Shown in pieces: positions 25,601 through 36,300 of a stretch of DNA of 64,000 nucleotides. Under the pieces are notes generated by a model. The model worked only from the letters and a program-made list of their open reading frames with translations. It was not told the DNA's origin and made no database searches. Position 1 is the stretch's first letter. Every line of letters begins with the position of its first letter. This DNA comes from Eledone cirrhosa (lineage: Eukaryota), in assembly GCA_964016885.1 (NCBI GenBank), contig OZ024740.1, positions 279,930,001-279,994,000 of the forward strand, read 5' to 3'. The position numbers and the translations under genes were made by a program.

Positions 25601-28600
25601 AAGAAAAACTGCCCATGCTAAATGAGGAAGCTGAAGTCCGGCGGCGAATGGTGTGCTTCGAAGAAAACGAATCACAAAAATGACTATTTACCGGCGGAGT
25701 TACCTTTTCGATCGTGGGCCGGCCGCCTATGGTCGCATCGATCTGTAATTACTGGTCCATGTGCAAACACACATTTGCTCTGTGTGGTGTGATTTTCACG
25801 AAACGTTGCCCATGCTAAATGCGGAAGCTGAAGTCCACCAACGAATGGTGTGCTTCGAAGAAACGAATCACAAAAATGCGAATTTGCCGGCGGAGTTACC
25901 TTTTCGATCGTGGGCCGGCTGCCCGTGGTCGGATCGATCTGTAATAACTGGTATAGGTGCAGACACTCATTAGCTGTGTGTGGTGTGATTTTCAAGAAAA
26001 GCTGCCCATGCTAAATGCGGAAGCTGAAGTCCACCAGCGAATGGTGTGCTTCGAAGAAACGAATCACAAAAATGCGAATTTGCCGGCGGAGTTACCTTTT
26101 CGATCGTGGGCCGGCCGCCTATGGTCGCATCGATCTGTAATTACTGGTCCATGTGCAGACACACATTTGCTGTGTGTGGTGTGATTTTCAAGAAAAACTG
26201 CCCATGCTAAATGAGGAAGCTGAAGTCCGGCGGCGAATGGTGTGCTTCGAAGAAAACGAATCACAAAAATGACTATTTACCGGCGGAGTTACCTTTTCGA
26301 TCGTGGGCCGGCCGCCTATGGTCGCATCGATCTGTAATTACTGGTCCATGTGCAAACACACATTTGCTCTGTGTGGTGTGATTTTCACGAAACGTTGCCC
26401 ATGCTAAATGCGGAAGCTGAAGTCCACCAACGAATGGTGTGCTTCGAAGAAACGAATCACAAAAATGCGAATTTGCCGGCGGAGTTACCTTTTCGATCGT
26501 GGGCCGGCTGCCCGTGGTCGGATCGATCTGTAATAACTGGTATAGGTGCAGACACTCATTAGCTGTGTGTGGTGTGATTTTCAAGAAAAGCTGCCCATGC
26601 TAAATGCGGAAGCTGAAGTCCACCAGCAAATGGTGTGCTTCGAAGAAACGAATCACAAAAATGCGAATTTGCCGGCGGAGTTACCTTTTCGATCGTGAGC
26701 CGGCCGCCTATGGTCGGATCGATCTGTAATTACTGGTCCATGTGCAGACACACATCTGCTGTGTGTGGTGTGATTTTCAAGAAAAGCTGCCCATGCTAAA
26801 TGAGGAAGCTGAAGTCCACCAGCGAATGGTGTGCTTCGAAGAAACGAATCACAAAAATGCGAATTTGCCGGCGGAGTTACCTTTTCGATCGTGAGCCGGC
26901 CGCCCGTGGTCGGATCGATCTGTAATTACTGGTATATGTGCAGACACTCATTAGCTGTGTGTGGTGTGATGTTCAAGAAAAGCTGCCCATGCTAAATGCG
27001 GAAGCTGAAGTCCACCAGCGAATGGTGTGCTTCGAAGAAACGAATCACAAAAATGCGAATTTGCCGGCGGAGTTACCTTTTCGATCGTGGCCGGCCGCCC
27101 GTGGTCGGATCGATTTGTAATTACTGGTACATGTGCAGACACTCATTGCCTGTGTGTGGTGTGATTTTCAAGAAAAGTTGCCCATGCTAAATGCGGAAGC
27201 TGAAGTCCACCAGCGAATGGTGTGCTTCGAAGAAACGAATCACAAAAATGCGAATTTGCCGGCGGAGTTACCTTTTCGATGGTGGGCCGGCCGCCCGTGG
27301 TCGGATCGATCTGTAATTACTGGTCCATGTGCAGACACACATTTGCTGTGTGTGGTGTGATTTTCAAGAAAAGCTGCCCATGCTAAATGCGGAAGCTGAA
27401 GTCCACCAGCGAATGGTGTGCTTCGAAGAAACGAATCACAAAAATGCGAATTTGCCGGCGGAGTTACCTTTTCGATCGTGGGCCGGCCGCCTATGGTCGC
27501 ATCGATCTGTAATTACTGGTCCATGTGCAGACACACATTTGCTGTGTGTGGTGTGATTTTCAAGAAAAACTGCCCATGCTAAATGAGGAAGCTGAAGTCC
27601 GGCGGCGAATGGTGTGCTTCGAAGAAAACGAATCACAAAAATGACTATTTACCGGCGGAGTTACCTTTTCGATCGTGGGCCGGCCGCCTGTGGTCGGATC
27701 GATCTGTAATTACTGGTCCATGTGCAAACACACATTTGCTCTGTGTGGTGTGATTTTCACGAAACGTTGCCCATGCTAAATGCGGAAGCTGAAGTCCACC
27801 AACGAATGGTGTGCTTCGAAGAAACGAATCACAAAAATGCGAATTTGCCGGCGGAGTTACCTTTTCGATCGTGGGCCGGCTGCCCGTGGTCGGATCGATC
27901 TGTAATAACTGGTATAGGTGCAGACACTCATTAGCTGTGTGTGGTGTGATTTTCAAGAAAAGCTGCCCATGCTAAATGCGGAAGCTGAAGTCCACCAGCA
28001 AATGGTGTGCTTCGAAGAAACGAATCACAAAAATGCGAATTTGCCGGCGGAGTTACCTTTTCGATCGTGAGCCGGCCGCCTATGGTCGGATCGATCTGTA
28101 ATTACTGGTCCATGTGCAGACACACATCTGCTGTGTGTGGTGTGATTTTCAAGAAAAGCTGCCCATGCTAAATGAGGAAGCTGAAGTCCACCAGCGAATG
28201 GTGTGCTTCGAAGAAACGAATCACAAAAATGCGAATTTGCCGGCGGAGTTACCTTTTCGATCGTGAGCCGGCCGCCCGTGGTCGGATCGATCTGTAATTA
28301 CTGGTATATGTGCAGACACTCATTGGCTGTGTGTGGTGTGATGTTCAAGAAAAGCTGCCCATGCTAAATGCGGAAGCTGAAGTCCACCAGCGAATGGTGT
28401 GCTTCGAAGAAACGAATCACAAAAATGCGAATTTGCCGGCGGAGTTACCTTTTCGATCGTGGCCGGCCGCCCGTGGTCGGATCGATTTGTAATTACTGGT
28501 ACATGTGCAGACACTCATTGCCTGTGTGTGGTGTGATTTTCAAGAAAAGTTGCCCATGCTAAATGCGGAAGCTGAAGTCCACCAGCGAATGGTGTGCTTC

Positions 28601-28802
28601 GAAGAAACGAATCACAAAAATGCGAATTTGCCGGCGGAGTTACCTTTTCGATGGTGGGCCGGCCGCCCGTGGTCGGATCGATCTGTAATTACTGGTCCAT
28701 GTGCAGACACACATTTGCTGTGTGTGGTGTGATTTTCAAGAAAAGCTGCCCATGCTAAATGCGGAAGCTGAAGTCCACCAGCGAATGGTGTGCTTCGAAG
28801 AA
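22645..28802. repeat. Local HOR, period 3921 bp (20 monomers), second copy cut by the gap; contains an internal 589-bp trimer duplication
   Basis: ORF pairs 23017/26938, 23801/27722, 24584/28505. Trimer pairs 25368/25957 and 25761/26350. Confidence 0.85.
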
Positions 28803-29002
28803 NNNNNNNNNNNNNNNNNNNNNNNNNNNNNNNNNNNNNNNNNNNNNNNNNNNNNNNNNNNNNNNNNNNNNNNNNNNNNNNNNNNNNNNNNNNNNNNNNN
28901 NNNNNNNNNNNNNNNNNNNNNNNNNNNNNNNNNNNNNNNNNNNNNNNNNNNNNNNNNNNNNNNNNNNNNNNNNNNNNNNNNNNNNNNNNNNNNNNNNNNN
29001 NN
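28803..29002. other. Assembly gap of exactly 200 N (scaffolding placeholder, true size unknown)
   Basis: Run of N from 28803 to 29002. The round length indicates a placeholder, not a measured gap. Confidence 0.98.
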
Positions 29003-30388
29003 ATCGATCTGTAATTACTGGTACATGTGCAGACCCTCATTGGCTATGTGCGGCGTGAATTTCAGCAAGATATCTCCGTAAAATCAATAGTTGTGGCTGT
29101 GGAACCAAACCGTGTTAAACGTCAACAAAGTCCGCCGGCGAATGGTGTGCTTCGAAGAAAACGAATCCAAAAATGACGATTTGCCGGCGGAGTTACCTTT
29201 AAAATCGCGGGCCGGCCGCCCGTGGTCGGATCGATCTGTAATTACTGGTACATGTGCAGACACTCATTGGCTATGTGCGGCGTGAATTCCAGCAAGATAT
29301 CTCCGTAACATAAATAGTTGTGGCTGTGGAACCAAACCGTGTTAAACGTCAACAAAGTCCGCCGGCGAATGGTGTGCTTCGAAGAAAACGAATCCAAAAA
29401 TGACGATTTGCCGGCGGAGTTACCTTTTCAATCGCGGGCCGGCCGCCCGTGGTCGGATCGATCTGTAATTACTGGTACATGTGCAGACACTCATTGGCTA
29501 TGTGTGGCGTGAATTTCAGCAAGATATCTCCGTAAATTCAATAGTTGTGGCTGTGGAACCAAACCGTGTTAAACGTCAACAAAGTCCGCCGGCGAATGGT
29601 GTGCTTCGAAGAAAACGAATCCAAAAATGACGATTTGCCGGCGGAGTTACCTTTTCAATCGCGGGCCGGCCGCCCGTGGTCGGATCGATCTGTAATTACT
29701 GGTACATGTGCAGACACTCATTGGCTATGTGCGGCGTGAATTTCAGCAAGATATCTCCGTAAAATCAATAGTTGTGGCTGTGGAACCAAACCGTGTTAAA
29801 CGTCAACAAAGTCCGCCGGCGAATGGTGTGCTTCGAAGAAAACGAATCCAAAAATGACGATTTGCCGGCGGAGTTACCTTTTCAATCGCGGGCCGGCCGC
29901 CCGTGGTCGGATCGATCTGTAATTACTGGTACATGTGCAGACACTCATTGGCTATGTGTGGCGTGAATTTCAGCAAGATATCTCCGTAAATTCAATAGTT
30001 GTGGCTGTGGAACCAAACCGTGTTAAACGTCAACAAAGTCCGCCGGCGAATGGTGTGCTTCGAAGAAAACGAATCCAAAAATGACGATTTGCCGGCGGAG
30101 TTACCTTTTCAATCGCGGGCCGGCCGCCCGTGGTCGGATCGATCTGTAATTACTGGTACATGTGCAGACACTCATTGGCTATGTGCGGCGTGAATTTCAG
30201 CAAGATATCTCCGTAAAATCAATAGTTGTGGCTGTGGAACCAAACCGTGTTAAACGTCAACAAAGTCCGCCGGCGAATGGTGTGCTTCGAAGAAAACGAA
30301 TCCAAAAATGACGATTTGCCGGCGGAGTTACCTTTAAAATCGCGGGCCGGCCGCCCGTGGTCGGATCGATCTGTAATTACTGGTACAT

Positions 30389-33300
30389 GTGCAGACACTC
30401 ATTGGCTATGTGTGGCGTGAATTTCAAGAAAAGCTGCCCATGCTAAATGCGGAAGCTGAAGTCCACCAGCGAATGCTGTGCTTCGAAGAAACGAATCACA
30501 AAAATGCGAATTTGCCGGCGGAGTTACCTTTTCGATCGTGGGCCGGCCGCCCGTGGTCGGATCGATCTGTAATTACTGGTATATGTGCAGACACTCATTG
30601 GTCGTGTGTGGTGTGATTTTCAAGAAAAGCTGCCCATGCTAAATGCGGAAGCTGCAGTCCACCATCGAATGGTGTGCTTCGAAGAAACGAATCACAAAAA
30701 TGCGAATTTGCCGGCGGAGTTACCTTTTCGATCGTGGGCCGGCCGCCTGTGGTCGGATCGATCTGTAATTACTGGTCCATGTGCAGACACACATTTGCTG
30801 TATGTGGTGTGATTTTCAAGAAAAGCTGCCCATGCTAAATGCGGAAGCTGAAGTCCGCCGGCGAATGGTGTGCTTCGAAGAAAACGAATCCAAAAATGAC
30901 GATTTGCCGGCGGAGTTACCTTTTCAATCGCGGGCCGGCCGCCCGTGCTCGGATCGATCTGTAATTACTGGTACATGTGCAGACACTCATTGGCTATGTG
31001 TGGCGTGAATTTCAGCAAGATATCTCCGTAAATTCAATAGTTGTGGCTGTGGAACCAAACCGTGTTAAACGTCAACAAAGTCCGCCGGCGAATGGTGTGC
31101 TTCGAAGAAAACGAATCCAAAAATGACGATTTGCCGGCGGAGTTACCTTTTCAATCGCGGGCCGGCCGCCCGTGGTCGGATCGATCTGTAATTACTGGTA
31201 CATGTGCAGACACTCATTGGCTATGTGCGGCGTGAATTTCAGCAAGATATCTCCGTAAAATCAATAGTTGTGGCTGTGGAACCAAACCGTGTTAAACGCC
31301 AACAAAGTCCGCCGGCGAATGGTGTGCTTCGAAGAAAACGAATCCAAAAATGACGATTTGCCGGCGGAGTTACCTTTTCAATCGCGGGCCGGCCGCCCGT
31401 GGTCGGATCGATCTGTAATTACTGGTACATGTGCAGACACTCATTGGCTATGTGTGGCGTGAATTTCAGCAAGATATCTCCGTAAAATCAATAGTTGTGG
31501 CTGTGGAACCAAACCGTGTTAAACGTCAACAAAGTCCGCCGGCGAATGGTGTGCTTCGAAGAAAACGAATCCAAAAATGACGATTTGCCGGCGGAGTTAC
31601 CTTTTCAATCGCGGGCCGGCCGCCCGTGGTCGGATCGATCTGTAATTACTGGTACATCTGCAGACACTCATTGGCTATGTGTGGCGTGAATTTCAGCAAG
31701 ATATCTCCGTAAATTCAATAGTTGTGGCTGTGGAACCAAACCGTGTTAAACGTCAACAAAGTCCGCCGGCGAATGGTGTGCTTCGAAGAAAACGAATCCA
31801 AAAATGACGATTTGCCGGCGGAGTTACCTTTTCAATCGCGGGCCGGCCGCCCGTGGTCGGATCGATCTGTAATTACTGGTACATGTGCACACACTCATTG
31901 GCTATGTGCGGCGTGAATTTCAGCAAGATATCTCCGTAAAATCAATAGTTGTGGCTGTGGAACCAAACCGTGTTAAACGTCAACAAAGTCCGCCGGCGAA
32001 TGGTGTGCTTCGAAGAAAACGAATCCAAAAATGACGATTTGCCGGCGGAGTTACCTTTAAAATCGCGGGCCGGCCGCCCGTGGTCGGATCGATCTGTAAT
32101 TACTGGTACATGTGCAGACACTCATTGGCTATGTGCGGCGTGAATTCTAGCAAGATATCTCCGTAACATCAATAGTTGTGGCTGTGGAACCAAACCGTGT
32201 TAAACGTCAACAAAGTCCGCCGGCGAATGGTGTACTTCGAAGAAAACGAATCCAAAAATGACGATTTGCCGGCGGAGTTACCTTTTCAATCGCGGGCCGG
32301 CGGCCCGTGGTCGAATCGATCTGTAATTACTGGTACATGTGCAGACACTCATTGGCTATGTGTGGCGTGAATTTCAAGAAAAGCTGCCCATGCTAAATGC
32401 GGAAGCTGCAGTCCACCATCGAATGGTGTGCTTCGAAGAAACGAATCACAAAAATGCGAATTTGCCGGCGGAGTTACCTTTTCGATCGTGGGCCGGCCGC
32501 CTGTGGTCGGATCGATCTGTAATTACTGGTCCATGTGCAGACACACATTTGCTGTATGTGGTGTGATTTTCAAGAAAAGCTGCCCATGCTAAATGCGGAA
32601 GCTGAAGTCCGCCGGCGAATGGTGTGCTTCGAAGAAAACGAATCCAAAAATGACGATTTGCCGGCGGAGTTACCTTTTCAATCGCGGGCCGGCCGCCCGT
32701 GCTCGGATCGATCTGTAATTACTGGTACATGTGCAGACACTCATTGGCTATGCGTGGCGTGAATTTCAGCAAGATATCTCCGTAAATTCAATAGTTGTGG
32801 CTGTGGAACCAAACCGTGTTAAACGTCAACAAAGTCCGCCGGCGAATGGTGTGCTTCGAAGAAAACGAATCCAAAAATGACGATTTGCCGGCGGAGTTAC
32901 CTTTTCAATCGCGGGCCGGCCGCCCGTGGTCGGATCGATCTGTAATTACTGGTACATGTGCAGACACTCATTGGCTATGTGTGGCGTGAATTTCAGCAAG
33001 ATATCTCCGTAAATTCAATAGTTGTGGCTGTGGAACCAAACCGTGTTAAACGTCAACAAAGTCCGCCGGCGAATGGTGTGCTTCGAAGAAAACGAATCCA
33101 AAAATGACGATTTGCCGGCGGAGTTACCTTTTCAATCGCGGGCCGGCCGCCCGTGGTCGGATCGATCTGTAATTACTGGTACATGTGCAGACACTCATTG
33201 GCTATGTGCGGCGTGAATTTCAGCAAGATATCTCCGTAAAATCAATAGTTGTGGCTGTGGAACCAAACCGTGTTAAACGCCAACAAAGTCCGCCGGCGAA

Positions 33301-36300
33301 TGGTGTGCTTCGAAGAAAACGAATCCAAAAATGACGATTTGCCGGCGGAGTTACCTTTTCAATCGCGGGCCGGCCGCCCGTGGTCGGATCGATCTGTAAT
33401 TACTGGTACATGTGCAGACACTCATTGGCTATGTGTGGCGTGAATTTCAGCAAGATATCTCCGTAAAATCAATAGTTGTGGCTGTGGAACCAAACCGTGT
33501 TAAACGTCAACAAAGTCCGCCGGCGAATGGTGTGCTTCGAAGAAAACGAATCCAAAAATGACGATTTGCCGGCGGAGTTACCTTTTCAATCGCGGGCCGG
33601 CCGCCCGTGGTCGGATCGATCTGTAATTACTGGTACATCTGCAGACACTCATTGGCTATGTGTGGCGTGAATTTCAGCAAGATATCTCCGTAAATTCAAT
33701 AGTTGTGGCTGTGGAACCAAACCGTGTTAAACGTCAACAAAGTCCGCCGGCGAATGGTGTGCTTCGAAGAAAACGAATCCAAAAATGACGATTTGCCGGC
33801 GGAGTTACCTTTTCAATCGCGGGCCGGCCGCCCGTGGTCGGATCGATCTGTAATTACTGGTACATGTGCACACACTCATTGGCTATGTGCGGCGTGAATT
33901 TCAGCAAGATATCTCCGTAAAATCAATAGTTGTGGCTGTGGAACCAAACCGTGTTAAACGTCAACAAAGTCCGCCGGCGAATGGTGTGCTTCGAAGAAAA
34001 CGAATCCAAAAATGACGATTTGCCGGCGGAGTTACCTTTAAAATCGCGGGCCGGCCGCCCGTGGTCGGATCGATCTGTAATTACTGGTACATGTGCAGAC
34101 ACTCATTGGCTATGTGCGGCGTGAATTCTAGCAAGATATCTCCGTAACATCAATAGTTGTGGCTGTGGAACCAAACCGTGTTAAACGTCAACAAAGTCCG
34201 CCGGCGAATGGTGTACTTCGAAGAAAACGAATCCAAAAATGACGATTTGCCGGCGGAGTTACCTTTTCAATCGCGGGCCGGCGGCCCGTGGTCGAATCGA
34301 TCTGTAATTACTGGTACATGTGCAGACACTCATTGGCTATGTGTGGCGTGAATTTCAAGAAAAGCTGCCCATGCTAAATGCGGAAGCTGAAGTCCAACAG
34401 CGAATGCTGTGCTTCGAAGAAACGAATCACAAAAATGCGAATTTGCCGGCGGAGTTACCTTTTCGATCGTGGGCCGGCCGCCCGTGGTCGGATCGATCTG
34501 TAATTACTGGTATATGTGCAGACACTCATTGGTCGTGTGTGGTGTGATTTTCAAGAAAAGCTGCCCATGCTAAATGCGGAAGCTGCAGTCCACCATCGAA
34601 TGGTGTGCTTCGAAGAAACGAATCACAAAAATGCGAATTTGCCGGCGGAGTTACCTTTTCGATCGTGGGCCGGCCGCCTGTGGTCGGATCGATCTGTAAT
34701 TACTGGTCCATGTGCAGACACACATTTGCTGTATGTGGTGTGATTTTCAAGAAAAGCTGCCCATGCTAAATGCGGAAGCTGAAGTCCGCCGGCGAATGGT
34801 GTGCTTCGAAGAAAACGAATCCAAAAATGACGATTTGCCGGCGGAGTTACCTTTTCAATCGCGGGCCGGCCGCCCGTGCTCGGATCGATCTGTAATTACT
34901 GGTACATGTGCAGACACTCATTGGCTATGTGTGGCGTGAATTTCAGCAAGATATCTCCGTAAATTCAATAGTTGTGGCTGTGGAACCAAACCGTGTTAAA
35001 CGTCAACAAAGTCCGCCGGCGAATGGTGTGCTTCGAAGAAAACGAATCCAAAAATGACGATTTGCCGGCGGAGTTACCTTTTCAATCGCGGGCCGGCCGC
35101 CCGTGGTCGGATCGATCTGTAATTACTGGTACATGTGCAGACACTCATTGGCTATGTGCGGCGTGAATTTCAGCAAGATATCTCCGTAAAATCAATAGTT
35201 GTGGCTGTGGAACCAAACCGTGTTAAACGCCAACAAAGTCCGCCGGCGAATGGTGTGCTTCGAAGAAAACGAATCCAAAAATGACGATTTGCCGGCGGAG
35301 TTACCTTTTCAATCGCGGGCCGGCCGCCCGTGGTCGGATCGATCTGTAATTACTGGTACATGTGCAGACACTCATTGGCTATGTGTGGCGTGAATTTCAG
35401 CAAGATATCTCCGTAAAATCAATAGTTGTGGCTGTGGAACCAAACCGTGTTAAACGTCAACAAAGTCTGCCGGCGAATGGTGTGCTTCGAAGAAAACGAA
35501 TCCAAAAATGACGATTTGCCGGCGGAGTTACCTTTTCAATCGCGGGCCGGCCGCCCGTGGTCGGATCGATCTGTAATTACTGGTACATCTGCAGACACTC
35601 ATTGGCTATGTGTGGCGTGAATTTCAGCAAGATATCTCCGTAAATTCAATAGTTGTGGCTGTGGAACCAAACCGTGTTAAACGTCAACAAAGTCCGCCGG
35701 CGAATGGTGTGCTTCGAAGAAAACGAATCCAAAAATGACGATTTGCCGGCGGAGTTACCTTTTCAATCGCGGGCCGGCCGCCCGTGGTCGGATCGATCTG
35801 TAATTACTGGTACATGTGCACACACTCATTGGCTATGTGCGGCGTGAATTTCAGCAAGATATCTCCGTAAAATCAATAGTTGTGGCTGTGGAACCAAACC
35901 GTGTTAAACGTCAACAAAGTCCGCCGGCGAATGGTGTGCTTCGAAGAAAACGAATCCAAAAATGACGATTTGCCGGCGGAGTTACCTTTAAAATCGCGGG
36001 CCGGCCGCCCGTGGTCGGATCGATCTGTAATTACTGGTACATGTGCAGACACTCATTGGCTATGTGCGGCGTGAATTCTAGCAAGATATCTCCGTAACAT
36101 CAATAGTTGTGGCTGTGGAACCAAACCGTGTTAAACGTCAACAAAGTCCGCCGGCGAATGGTGTACTTCGAAGAAAACGAATCCAAAAATGACGATTTGC
36201 CGGCGGAGTTACCTTTTCAATCGCGGGCCGGCGGCCCGTGGTCGAATCGATCTGTAATTACTGGTACATGTGCAGACACTCATTGGCTATGTGTGGCGTG

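Larger units (their letters stand above)
1..28802. repeat. Satellite array of 196-bp monomer A, about 147 copies, single orientation; runs off the window start and ends at the gap
   Basis: The unit TCCATGTGCAGACACACATTTGCTGTGTGTGGTGTGATTTTCAAGAAAAGCTGCCCATGCTAAATGCGGAAGCTGAAGTCCACCAGCGAATGGTGTGCTTCGAAGAAACGAATCACAAAAATGCGAATTTGCCGGCGGAGTTACCTTTTCGATCGTGGGCCGGCCGCCTGTGGTCGGATCGATCTGTAATTACTGG recurs continuously. ORF-track starts are spaced 196 bp (e.g. 988, 1184, 1380, 1576). Variants: 195 bp (GTGGG>GTGG), 197 bp and 238 bp. Confidence 0.99.

Noticed and set aside
28612-29081. Longer ORFs (99-142 aa) around 28.6-29.1 kb
   Set aside because: Artefacts of translating through the 200-N gap.
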